Shown one piece after another: positions 13,778-25,926 of a stretch of DNA of 64,000 nucleotides (positions are counted from its first letter, which is position 1; every line of letters starts with the position of its first letter). The DNA comes from Dudresnaya verticillata (taxonomy: Eukaryota): assembly GCA_977862235.1 (NCBI GenBank), contig OZ374559.1, forward strand, positions 1,674,001 to 1,738,000, given 5' to 3'. A program made the translations under genes and the position numbers. The notes beneath the pieces were generated by a model. The model made no database searches and was not told the DNA's origin. It saw only the letters and a list, made by a program, of their open reading frames with translations.

Positions 13778-14049
13778 TCGCCCCCCTCCGAAGAGTGAAA
13801 CCCGCGGTGCCGCCCCTCGTCTTTCGGTGTCATCACTCTGCTTGCGGAGGCTTCTCCGATTGTATCGCGCAGCAACAACCCCGCCACCGTCTTGACGACT
13901 CGTCTGTTGCCTGACCGCGGCTCTCCGCTTTCCAACTTGGACGACTTGTGTGCGCGCACCACGTGTGTGTTTGGCCGCGTCAGTCGTTGCGGGGCTCCTC
14001 GCGTGTTCCCTCACCAAACCCTTTCGCGGTCATCCGCTACACGGAAACT

Positions 14050-16257
14050 ATGAGCCAACCACCGTCGGCCGCGGCGCTGGGTGCGACGGAAGCGGAGGAT
14101 TTCTCGGAGATCCAGCCCAAAACGTCAGAGCCTGCGTCCACGTCCGCCCCGGTGCCGCAACCTGCGTTGGCTGCTGTGCACGTAGCCGCCGGCCTACCGG
14201 CCGTCCCACGTCTACCACCGGTTCCTGCCCCGTCTCCATCGGCTCCATTCATGACGTCACCACCTCCGCCAACACCGGCGTCGTTGTTACAGGAAACGGG
14301 GAATGCCCCGGTATCAGGGTCCCAATCATCTCATCTGTCGCCGTCGACGTACGCGGCAGCCTCGTCATCGGGGTTTGTCCCCATTCCTGTCGCACCGGCC
14401 CCGCCGACCCTTGAGTACCCGCTTCCGGCGGAGTTCGTCGGCATGGAGGCGGCGCAGGACCTCGACTTGTTTGCGCGTGCACCGTGGTTTCACCCACGTG
14501 ACTTTCGAGCGATGAACATCATCGGGCGTTACGTTGTCTGCGGTTACTTGCCAGGGGATCTCCCCGTTGATGTACTGCAGTCGGAAGACTGGCGTCTCCA
14601 CGGGGCGATCCCCATTCACCACCTCAACGACTGGCACCGTCCCCTAGACGTAGTATTCCGCGATTGGGTTCGCCTTGTTTACCGGCGTCATACGCGCACC
14701 ATTGGTCGTGGGATCATCGCGCAGGACCTCGACGTTGATTACGCGGTATACCGCACGAATGGTGAAGTGGATTACGTGTGGTATCTGGTCGGTTTAGACC
14801 TCCCTCAGGCCTGGCGCGGACGGGAGCCGCGGGTTTCGCAGGCGGCGTTACTCTTTGACGTCCAGTTGCGGAATGAGTTTCGCTACCTTCGCAAGCGCGG
14901 TAGCGCCTTTTGGGACAAGATCCGCTTCGAACGTCGTGAACGCTCACGTCTCGGCATCTTTGTGCCCTATCCCCACGTCGAGGCTTCCCTCTTCAGAATG
15001 GTGTACCGCCGGCGGTACTACATCGGCCTACCCCTCGCCTGGGCATCAGTCGAAACCTGCGAGGGCTTCCTCGTAGAGTTGCCTAACGTGTTCGGGTATT
15101 GCATGAGCGAGTTCTTACGCGACCCGAACACGGGGTTGTGGACGGTGGCCTACACCGAATTCATCGCGAAGATCGCCATGCATTGGCTTTGGGAGACGTA
15201 TGATACCCTGCGCTTGTGGTTCTTACCCCCGATGGTGACGTCCCTTCTAGATGAGTTGGACCTCCGCAACGTGCTCGGTGGGCAAAGTAACGACGACGAA
15301 CTTCGCAGGTTATTCCAGCTTCACAGCACTATTGATTGGGACGATCCCGCGGTGGTGCCGCTGTCAAATAACAAACGCAGTAATCTGCGGCGTAACTTTT
15401 CGCCGGGTCGGCGTCACCCCACCTGCGGGGACTTTGTCTGGTATGACCCTTGGCGACGCCAGCTCGTTGACGAGCACGAAGCGCGGTTTCACCACGAACA
15501 CCCGGTGCCGATGCCGGCGGATTATCCCACCGGCTACCTGTACGATGCGATGGAGCAGGTTGTTGATGAGGAGGGTAGCGGAGATTTCCCCGATGGTTAT
15601 AACGTCCGCTTGTCGGGTCCCGACGTCCCTGCTCCCCCGACGTCATATGCCGACTTGGACGGCCCGCGGTCCCGCGCACAACGCGAGTTGCGCGAGGGTG
15701 CGGAATTGTCGTCTATGGGCATGGTTGTTCGGGGTTCTACTGCTTCATCGCCGGAGAGAACCCCGAGGTTGCCTGATGCGCCGTTGGTCGGTGCAACCGC
15801 AGAGGCCGTCATCCCGACTAACACGGGTGCCCCTGGTGGCACACCCGGACCCACCCGGCTCGCCATGGCTGACTTTTTGCAGCGTTCCGGGGTTGACCTC
15901 GACTTGAATCTCTCGGAGCGTGGGCTCCGGGAGCGGCTTAGCGCTATTCTAGTGGCTACTGCACACGAAGCTGGTGATGGTGGGGCCCGTTCATACGCGT
16001 CACCCGCGACGGAGTCGACTCCGGTTAACAGGGCGTCCAACCCTCTCGGGGATAGGGCGGCAATAGGCACGGAGTTGGCTCCAGGGGCCGCGAGCGCGAC
16101 TGCGGGTCATGAACCCATGGATGTAGCTCCGGGGAACCCGCCGAGTGAGGCGGAGTTCGCCCTAGAGAAGGATGGCGAGGCGACGGACACCAATGCTGAG
16201 CCCGGCGGTAATATCACTGGTGATCCCATGTTTGCCTGGATGAAGCGCACGGATTAG
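14050..16257 (+). CDS. Intact antisense extra ORF of element B (~735 aa), unknown function
   Basis: Uninterrupted ORF (open from 13948, first ATG 14050); Trp/aromatic-rich core homologous to the antisense ORFs of A and C; low-complexity termini. Confidence 0.85.
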   Translation: MSQPPSAAALGATEAEDFSEIQPKTSEPASTSAPVPQPALAAVHVAAGLPAVPRLPPVPAPSPSAPFMTSPPPPTPASLLQETGNAPVSGSQSSHLSPSTYAAASSSGFVPIPVAPAPPTLEYPLPAEFVGMEAAQDLDLFARAPWFHPRDFRAMNIIGRYVVCGYLPGDLPVDVLQSEDWRLHGAIPIHHLNDWHRPLDVVFRDWVRLVYRRHTRTIGRGIIAQDLDVDYAVYRTNGEVDYVWYLVGLDLPQAWRGREPRVSQAALLFDVQLRNEFRYLRKRGSAFWDKIRFERRERSRLGIFVPYPHVEASLFRMVYRRRYYIGLPLAWASVETCEGFLVELPNVFGYCMSEFLRDPNTGLWTVAYTEFIAKIAMHWLWETYDTLRLWFLPPMVTSLLDELDLRNVLGGQSNDDELRRLFQLHSTIDWDDPAVVPLSNNKRSNLRRNFSPGRRHPTCGDFVWYDPWRRQLVDEHEARFHHEHPVPMPADYPTGYLYDAMEQVVDEEGSGDFPDGYNVRLSGPDVPAPPTSYADLDGPRSRAQRELREGAELSSMGMVVRGSTASSPERTPRLPDAPLVGATAEAVIPTNTGAPGGTPGPTRLAMADFLQRSGVDLDLNLSERGLRERLSAILVATAHEAGDGGARSYASPATESTPVNRASNPLGDRAAIGTELAPGAASATAGHEPMDVAPGNPPSEAEFALEKDGEATDTNAEPGGNITGDPMFAWMKRTD

Positions 16258-17779
16258 CCGCGTATATCGGCGTCGGTACCAGTGCCGACGGGCCCACTGT
16301 GAGGCATATAGTCGTAGTCGAAGCAGGTGATCCGCGTGGAAATGTTCGTTGTTTGGTCAACGTGAAATAAAAACCAACTTGCATAGTTATCCGTCCCACT
16401 CCAGTAGTTAGCATTGCGGGTGCCGCTCGAGGCGTCGCTGAAGTGGGCCAGCCGCGTACATGTCCGTGGTTGTGCAGTGCGATGTTGGCAACGCGGAAGC
16501 CAAGTTGCGGCCCGTAGCGTAGCGTGCATTAGTGCTAGGAGCGGCTCATCGAAGGCGCTCCATGTCAGGGCACTTAACAATATGCGAAACGGTTTATCCG
16601 TGTTTTGGACACTCGTTGAGTACCAACGTTGCTGGTTCAACAACTTCCGTGTTCGAAGGTATGTTCCACGTGTTCGTTAGGTAGAATCCGAGCGGTCTAG
16701 CCGCGGGTGAATACTCGTTGCTTGTCAACGCCAAAACCATTAGCTTATCTTGGCGAAGCATGCTCACGTTAGTATAGCAGAGGCGGTTGATCCGCGCGAA
16801 GGTTAGTCAACATGAATACGTATTCAGCGTACGCTCGATTGCACGTTAGGCACCCGAGGGCAGGACCCGTTAACGAGACTCACGACCATTTCGCATCGGA
16901 CATTATCAGTCGTTGAGCGGGACTTCCGCGCCTCGGTACTTGTGGGTTAGCAACGCTGCTAAGTCACCCTTCCAGATTTTCCACCAGGCGAGGAGCGCCA
17001 TAAGGTGTGGCGAGAGCGGACGTCGTGGGGATCCACTGTATCATTACCATGTTGCCACGCCGTTGGTCATTCGTGTTGTCTGAACGGTACGTATCGCATG
17101 AAGCGGTTACCCGCGTAAAGCAACGCGATGTCATTAGCGTTAGCATCCGTGTTCGGGTCGTAATTGAAGCGTTCTTCGTGTGGTGTCACAATAAAAATTG
17201 TCGTCGTAGGCCATGGTAGGTTATTCGTCGTATGTCAGCGTTATTAAAATCAAGCCTTCTGGGCGCAGGGTCCCACTCGCCCCGTAGGTGATATTGGCCT
17301 CACATAGGGTGCCATTACGGCACCGCATTAGCGGTGTTCGAAGCGGTCCAACCGCGTTAAAGTCCGTTGTTGGGCAACGTATGGGAGTCACCTTTCCCGA
17401 CATCGAGGTCCGTTGGGCGGTCGTCAGTGTATTTGCATCGCGGGGAATGCCTCGCCTGGAGTTCACACGGGGCGTAGCAACAAAAGTCATGACGAGAGCG
17501 GTCTACCCGCGTGATGATGTTCGTTGGGAGACAACCTGAGTCGGACCAGACGCCTTAGCTTAGAACTTCGCCTCGTGCCATAGCTGGCGTTAGTTCCCGC
17601 CACCACGGATCCTTCGCGTGATGATATTGGTCGTAACGGTTCATCCGCATAATGATACTTGTTGGTCCTCAACTTCGTTTCATCCTCCCTCCCGGAGTGG
17701 GTTTTGGTTTGCCATTCGTTGTGATCCAACGCACTATGGCTGCTTTCGTCACTTGGGCTGCCGCTGTAACTACTCCTGT

Positions 17780-20700
17780 TGAGGCACCTCAACCCACCAT
17801 GGCGTGGTGTAAGTCGTTCGGTGTTCCCAGCCTAGCCCTACGGCAATAGCGCAGGATCTGACTGCGAGGTAGATTTTCGATCGGCTCGAGTGTGTTCGCG
17901 GAACTTGGATATCCAAATCACTTGACCTCGTAGAGAGTACCTTCGTTGGCGTATTCGTGGTTAACCACTTTCTCGATGACAAACATTGTACACGGAGCTC
18001 CCGTGGTGGGGTGTACAGTAGTTGGTGCCGTTACTGTAGAGCGAGGATTGGCCTCAGCATGAGGAGTCGTGGGTATGACCACTGGATTTTGATCGAATGT
18101 CACGTGCCGTGTTGTGGTAGTGCCACCCGTGTTCTGTCGTGGTGTCGACCCCGTTGTGATTTGGCGCAAGCGTGCACTTCAACACGGCTGGGTGGCGATT
18201 ACATGAGGATTAGCTTCGGTGCGTGCCGTCGTTGACGAACTCGGCTCGCCTCGTTGGTCTTCGGAGGCGTCTCCGCTCTTGTCGACATCGTCCACGCTTG
18301 CGGTCCGCCTGAGCTGTCTGGTCTATGCGCCGTCCGACGACGAGTCATGAGAGCTGTAAGAGCGGTCCTCACCGCGTGGTTGAAAGAAGGCGTCGCTCAC
18401 CGGTCTAGTGCGTATGTCATCTGGCAGTGCCGAATCGTGGGGAGCCACGTCGTCCCGCGTGGTATTACCGTAGCTATCTACGCCTTCAAACTTCTCGCGA
18501 TCCAGACCGGCGGGAACGGGATCACGCGCATCACCGACTTGACTGCCGGTATCGGCTGCTACGGGACGGGTTTCCGCGGCGGTGCCTCGATTTGTTGGTT
18601 CGGCACGGTAAGCTGGTTGTGTCTGTGTCGCGTGGTGATCCACATCCCTGATGTTTCGGCCCCATGGTTCCTTATCCACATGAGAAATTTCAGCGGCGCG
18701 CGGAAGGCGGTCACCCACGGCGCCGTTGGTCGGCGAGGGCAGCGTAGGCTTACCTTTTTCAACCTTTCGTGCCGTCTTGACACTAGGTGAAGGCGAATGC
18801 GTCGTTTCCGACTGTGGGGTACCCTCGTAGTTACCGGCGCGCCGCGTCAGTGCCTTGCTTTGGGTACCTCCCGACAAGGGCTGATTGGGCCCCGGAGGTG
18901 ATTCTGCGGGCGTGTCGTTCGTTATCCGCGGTGGTTCCGCTGTACTGACCGACTTCTTTTTGTCGGGGGCCGCCGAGGGCGGCCCCCGTAGGGCGATAAG
19001 CTCAGGTCGACGTGCGTCTGCGTTTTGGTCCTCACGTTGTCTTTCGACTCCCTGTCCGCTGCGGGGCGACTGGAGTGCACCTCTGTTGCTTGCCGGAGCC
19101 TGCGTGGGAGATGCGGTAGTACGCAAGGCCGAGGGAATCCTCGTTATGATTCGTGCATACTGTTGGCTGTCGCCAATTCCAGGGTCGCCCTGTGGCGGCA
19201 GATCAGCCAATCCCCGCTCGCGATGCATCGAAGCTGATGACAGCGGAGTACTTGGCAGTTGCTTATTGGTTTCGCGGTGAGGTCCGCTGTCGCCTGGCAC
19301 AGGAAGTGCTTCCGCGTGATCAGCTCGTGCCCTTTTGTCATCGGTCGCGAACGTGGGCTCGGGTGGGGGTGCCAAGACCACCCTGTCGCGGGAAATCCGC
19401 TCTTTGGTGTCGTTCCCCATGTCAAGAACGACGGTGTCACCCTCGGCCTTCACAACCCGATACGGCCCGTCGCTGATCGGCGCAAGCTTATGCTTAGGGG
19501 CATCCCTGCCATAGTACTCCTTCCTGACGAAGACATACGAACCGTCGTTGATAACTTCCGCGGGTATCCGCACTCTTGCGTCAAAATCGCGTTTGTAGCG
19601 CGCTTGCGACTTAGCGAGTTCCTTACCTGCGGTTTCCATCAGCCCGCGTAGCCATTCCAGCCACTTTTCGCGATACTTCGCGGTAGACGGGAAGCTCCGT
19701 AGCGAGGGTTCGGCCTCGATAGCCAGCGGCGGCGGTGGGCGTGCAGAACCAATTGGAAAAGTGCCAGCTTCGTCGCAGTGTGGACCTGCGTGTTGTAAGC
19801 ATACGTGAGCGCGTCACTGAATAGGTCCCAATCACGCGGGTGGTCCGCGACATAATGGCGTAGGCTTGTTAGGATAGTCCTATTGAATCGTTCGACTTGC
19901 CCATTAGTCTGGGGATGATACGTGGTTGTAAACAGGTTCTTGACACCCAGTAGGCCACAAATAGCTTGAAACAACTTCGCAGTGAACTGCGGTCCATTGT
20001 CCGACAGCAATGTCTTCGGTGGTCCATAGACAAACACCCATTGGTGTACGAAATCCTTAGCGATCTCAATCGCGGAAATCCTCTTGAGCGGTATAGTCCG
20101 TGTTAACTTTGAGTAGCGGTCTACGATGACAAGTAGGAATCGGTTTCCACGCTTAGAACGGATGAGTTCGCCGAGAAGGTCTATCGAGACCTGTTCGAAA
20201 GGCGCTGCCGCCGGAAATAACCTCAGGTATTTGGATACACGTCGGAGTTTGACTCGATTCCTCGCGCACGTGACGCAGTTCCGAACCGTGGTGTAGCAAT
20301 CCACTGCCATTGACGGCCAATAAAAATGGCGACCTAGAGAATAGAACAGCTTGCGTCCACCCGGGTGACCGGCGATCTTCGCATGATGTGTCATGTGTAG
20401 GACGCGTGCTCGAAGCACGAATGGTACCTCGACCTGGGGGTCGGCCTCCACAGTCCGGACTAGAATTCCGTCATCGTTAGTGCGAAAGGGTAGCACCTCC
20501 CCCCGTTAAGACGCGAACGCAAGTGAGTGCAGAACGCGTCTCCCAATTGGGCACGAAGTAGTTCTTCGGTATAAATCGGGCGAAGTAAGTCTTCGTCGGG
20601 TGCAGGTGGGGTGGCGACCAGCAAGCGGTCAAAAGCTTCGTAGTCTTGAGAGAGGAAATCCTCGTCATCAGGTTCAGGAGCGTGGTCAGCCACAAAGCAA

Positions 20701-23230
20701 GGGATGGGATATCTTCATCGATAGGTTGCTGGGTCTCGCCCAGAGTGCGCAAACGTGACAGCGCGTCGGCCTGGGTGTTGAGTCGTCCCTTCTTGTACTT
20801 GACATCGAAGTCGAATTCAGAAAGGCGCAGTCTCCAACGCATAAGCCGACCAGATGGGTCGTTAATTTCCATGAGCCATCTCAGTGACGAGTGATCCGTG
20901 TGAATCGTAAAGTGCTCCAATTGGAGGTACGGTCGTAACGTTGTGACAGCCCACACGACAGCGAGACACTCCTGCTCGGATACGGAATAGTTCTTCTCTG
21001 CTGCGGTTAGTGACCGGGAGAAATACCCGAGTGGGCGCCGTTCGCCGTCGGCGGTTGTCTGGAACAGGGCACACCCGACTTGATACTGACTTGCGTCGGT
21101 GTCGACGGAATACGCGAGCCCCGGCTTGGGCAAACACAAAATTGATGGTTCGATCACTGCATTGATCAGCGCGCGGAACGCTGTGTCTTCGTCAGCTCCA
21201 AACGGTGCCAACTTCACTGGCTGGTCTTTCTTGAGTAGCTTATTGAGTGGAGCAGCCACGTGTGCGTAATCGGGGACGAACCGTCGGTAAACATTACATA
21301 GACCCAGAAAGGAGCGCAGCTCCGTCTGAGTTCGAGGGTGTTGTGCCTCGCGTAATGCGGCGACCGCGGTCCGGTCGATACCAAGTTGTCCGGGCTTTAT
21401 GACGTGCCCGAGGTAGGTGACGGTGTCTGTGAAGAAGTCACATTTCTTGAGCTTCAGGGTCACTCCTGCTCTCTGCAGCATAGCGAGGATTTCCTCAACG
21501 TGTTGGTAATGCGAATCGAGATCGCGCGAATAGATGATCACATCGTCTAGATAAACGAGGCAAGTCATCTATTTGACTCCCGACAGGAGTATATCCAATG
21601 TGCGCTGAAATGTAGCCGGCGCGTTCGTAAGTCCGAAAGGCATACGACGGTAGCGTAACAGACCCGCGTGGCAAGTAAACGTGGTTTTGTCACGATCGCG
21701 GGGTGCAATGGGGATCTGCCAATACCCCGAGTTGCAGTCCAACGTCGTGAATACCGACGCATCACCTAGCGAGTCGATGCATTCGTCCATTCGCGGGAGC
21801 GGGTAGGTGTCGCGCACCGCGAGGGCATTCAATCGTCGGTAGTCGACGCAGAATCGTAGCGTGCCATCCTTCTTCGGTGCGAGCACCACTGGAGATGCCC
21901 AAGGCGACTGCGCGGGTTCGATAACCCCGGCGCGGAGCATCCGTTCGACTTCGGTCTGTTCGAGCTCTCGTTGTTTTGAAACAGCGCGGTACGGCGGCGA
22001 CGAAAAGGGGCGCGAGCCCGGGAGTAAATCGATGTAATTTTCGGTGGTGTTGATCTCACCTAATTGGGCGTCCCACATAGACGAATATGTCCCGAGGAGC
22101 TCCCTCACACGTACTTGATGCGCCAGCGGAAGGTGAGACAGGTCAAGGTCCTCAACCGTTGGTGGTCTCTCGGGGGCCTCCCCGTCTCGTGCTTTCGCTT
22201 GCGGGGTTGTGTCCTACTTGTCATCTTCGGCGGCTTCCGTTAGCCCCAGCACATCCGCAAGCTGTAGATGACTTGGGATGATCGCTGTGGGGTGCGGGAG
22301 CGCCATCGCCACAACCTGGCCCTTCACTAGCGTTTGCGGCTGACGCGAGAAGTTCGCGAGTAGAATCCGAAACGGACGCGAGGGCTCAACCTCGGCGATA
22401 CCATTCGTGGCGAGTACACCCTGTCGTTCGTACGGCGTATTGCTGGGCTGGAGGCAAACGACTCCAGCCCGTTCCGTGGTAACCGTGACCCACGTTTGCG
22501 ATTGTGCAGGAAGAGTGGTCTTCAAAGCTACGCGTACCTTCTGAGAGAAGCGCCCCTTCGCCTTGCCGAACTAATGATCTGCCGGTAACGGCGCGTAGTC
22601 CGGGTGACGTTTCATCGGTCGTCGGGTTATCGGTACCCGCGTCCCGTCGTCGAGTTCGACTTTCTTTGTGCGAGGGTAGATAGCCTCGACGAACCTGTCG
22701 CAGAAATCGCAACCCAGGATGCCTGGTGCGGCCAACCGCTCGCACACAATGAAGTCGAGTTTGACGACACGAGGACCGAGGCGGACTATGAGTCCGATTG
22801 TACCCAGCGTCGCTATCGGCTTGTTGTTCGCATCCGCGATCGTGGGTAAGGCCACGGACTTGATTTCGGAGTTCATCTCCGGTGGGAGCTCCGACTTTCG
22901 GATGAAATTGGGGCCTGCGCCTGTGTCGAGGACACTCAGCTTACGAGCGAGCAGGCCCATTCTTGCGCCGATTTCGGCATAGACCTTGAAGTTGCGTTTT
23001 GCGAGGACACAGAATTCGTCGGTTTCTCGACGCTGCCGTACCCTGTTCCAAGGGCGGCGCAAGGGGGCAGTTCGTCGCGGTTTTTCCGCGTCAGAGATGT
23101 CCGTTGGTGGATCGGACATCGGCGGGGATTTCCCCGGTAGGTGGCTGGGTTCCTCGCCCCGAGTCCCGTCGGTCGACGATGAATCGAGGGACTCTCCAAC
23201 CAAGGGGCCAGGAACCCCACTTAGTTTTCC
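17780..23230 (-). pseudogene. pol: pol of element B: protease, RT, RNase H, integrase, chromodomain (multiple stops/frameshifts)
   Basis: LDTGAG (PR); WASPVVL, RFCVDYRRLN, YLDDVIIYS (RT); TDASQYQVG (RH); SDNGPQF (IN); FVIEKVVNH...EVK*FGYPSSANT (chromodomain). Confidence 0.95.
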
Positions 23231-25783
23231 TGGGCGCGGTTAACCGCGGTGTCCCCGCGACGTAGCACCTGCGGGTACCTCTCTGCCACTTGAGGACGGG
23301 GATCTACCCCAGCTTGACGAAGTCGAAGCGCGACTGCCTCCACGGCTTGGGCATACGAGTCGCGGCGGACTCGCGGTTGTTCTCCCGGCGATAACTCCTC
23401 GAAGTTGCAGACCATCGACTCCGGATCGCTGAAGGGATGGACACACTCGGTTGAGAGGTGGTTCCTTGCGTAGCACGTGAAGCAGATAATCTGCGGTCGG
23501 GGCCCACTTCTATCCCTCGCGCGGATCGGCCCGCGGTCTTGCCAGCCCGGCCGCGCCTGTGCGACGTGGCGTGTGTGTTCCTGATATGGAATACGCGGGG
23601 CCGGGATGTTACGCGGTGATCCACCCCGTTTATAAAAAGCCAGCGCGGGGTCGGCGTCCTCGGAAATTGTATCCGTCGGTAGGTCCGTTGTCGGTACTGA
23701 CGCGTCCGACTGAAACAGGTGGAGTTCACCGTCGGCCTCTCCGTGGTCTTGACGAGCACCGATGCTCCTGTCGCGGAATTCCACGGATGACTCGGCGAGT
23801 AACGCCGTTGCGCGGGGGCGACCCCGGTTGTTTTCTGGACGGTTCTGCACCGTCAGCGGTGGGGTTCTATTCCTGGGGAGACCCAGCCTTGCTCGGTGTG
23901 CGTCACCTTCGTCTTGTGCGTAATGCACAAGACGTTCGAAGGACAGCTCGTCACGAGGCGTTTCCTCTCTATAACGTGCTACCAATGAGCGGATAGCTGG
24001 GTCTAGCCCATCGATAAAGATGGTCATCTTCTCCCACATCGGATATGCATTCCCGCAGCGACTACAAGCCTTACTAAGCCTCTCGCCGTAATCGGCTTCT
24101 TTCTCCCCTGCCGTTGGCGTGTTGAACGAAGTGCGAGCGTAGCTTCGCGGGAAGTGCGAGCGTAGCTTCGCGGATGGCTTTTGGTGTCGCGTAGGTCCGG
24201 AGCAGATAGTTGACTGCCTCGGGCCAAGCGGAGATACCTCCGGATGCATTTGACGGTGAAGACTTAGCCGAAAGGAAAAGCGAAGCGGCATTCCCGCGTA
24301 GGAAATATCCCACAGCGGGGAGTGCCTGGGCTTCCGACATCTCGAGGGTGTCCGCCTCGTCTACGAAGCGAGCCAAAAACTCGAGAATCATGACGGGGTC
24401 TTCCCCGGTAAAGGTATTATCCTTCATCGTCAATTCGAGGCGGCGTATCTGGTCGCGGATCTTCCCCGTTTCGCGTCCCGTACTCTTTTGCGACCTGTTC
24501 TGAAGCCGATAACGGCGGTATGACAGGAGCTTGTCGAAGCGTGGGTCCGTCGGCTTGTGCTCCTTGAGAGACCGATATTTCGGACCCAACTTAGAGCGGC
24601 GGTTCCGCCGGGGTGCAATATCCCCGTCACGACTCGAGTCCGACTCGGACGAGCTACCCGACGAGTCCGACGATGAGGAGGATGAAGAGGATGAAGAGGG
24701 GTCGCTATCATCGGGATCCCCACGGCGACGACGCCGGTCTTCTTTCTTCTTGCGTTTGCGGTCGCGCTTGCGGCGTTCACGCCGTTCACGACGCGAGCTG
24801 CGAGGCTCCTTTTTGGGGGTTTTCCCCTTGCGAAACCCCACGATGTCAACTTCGGGAGTCTCGTTATCATCGCGGTAATCCCCACCGTGGTGGTGACCTC
24901 GGTGGTTATCCCCGTCACAGCAGCGGCCTACCGCGCACTTATAGGCCTCGTCTTCCAGTCGTGAGAGGCGAGCAGCAAACCGAGCGAACCTTTCCTCTTC
25001 GGGTACGGCTCCGCCCTGGCGCGGTTCACCGCGGGATTAGAGTAGCGCGTTCACATCCGCGCGTAGGGTACGGAGGTCACCCGCGAGGGTGGCCTCTGCA
25101 GTACCGGCACGGCCTTCCGTGACGCCTCGGTACAGGGCATTGACCTTGACGACCAACTCGTTGTAACCGAATTCTAGAAGGGTTACGCGGTCAGCTCCAT
25201 CGCGGATGGCGGCGTCGAGTGACGCCTGTAAACCCGCGATTTGCCGCGAAAGTCGCGACGCGAGGTTTTGGTCGTCGTTAATGCACACGGCGCGGATGGC
25301 CGCTCGTGGCAGGGTGGCCCCTGACTGCACAAAAGCGCCAGTCGGGGCCGGAGTTGGAACGGTGGTTGACACCGGTGCTGGGGGTACTGGTGCTGGGTCC
25401 GAAGGCACCGCTTCGTGCGAGGGCTCGCCTGACGGAGCGTTCTCCGGAACGACTCGCGCCGGGGTCGAGGTAACATCCTCGGGAGGTACTGCTGATGGCC
25501 CAGCGTCACTCGGCGCGCCGGTGTTTACGGCCGAGTAGGGAGTGCTACGCGCAGAAACTTGCGGTGGTAGAGTCTCCGAAGTCATCCCCGTTGGTGGCGG
25601 GGGGAACGGCGGCAGCGGTTGTACCGTATGCGCGTCCGAACGACGTGTACCCGTCGAATGGCCACCAAAGGCGACGCCAATTTCGGGACTAACCCGGCGT
25701 TCTTCTAGCGCGCGTGAGCGCGTAACAGGGACCGTTATGGTCCCTGGCGTAGACGAGGTCTTCCTCGATTTCGGCGGTCCCAT
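23221..25783 (-). pseudogene. gag: gag of element B (frameshifted)
   Basis: FTGEDPVMILEFL capsid-like region, FIDGL, CCHC knuckle CFTCYARNHLSTEC; 23-bp tandem duplication at 24128-24173. Confidence 0.88.
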
Positions 25784-25904
25784 TAGGGGAGAAGTGGAAT
25801 TCCACGGGCGGTAGATAGCTGACCCTTGTGGTAATTCCGGAGGGTTCTCCGTGGGATCTTGATAGGTTGAAAACGAGGTAAGCCTCTCGATTGGTCGAAG
25901 TAGC

Positions 25905-25923
25905 CTTCTAGGTCGGGAGACCA
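25905..25923 (-). promoter_or_regulatory. Primer-binding site of element B (probably tRNA-Tyr)
   Basis: TGGTCTCCCGACCTAGAAG 3 nt inside the 5' LTR; identical 19-mer in element C. Confidence 0.85.
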
Positions 25924-25926
25924 CTT

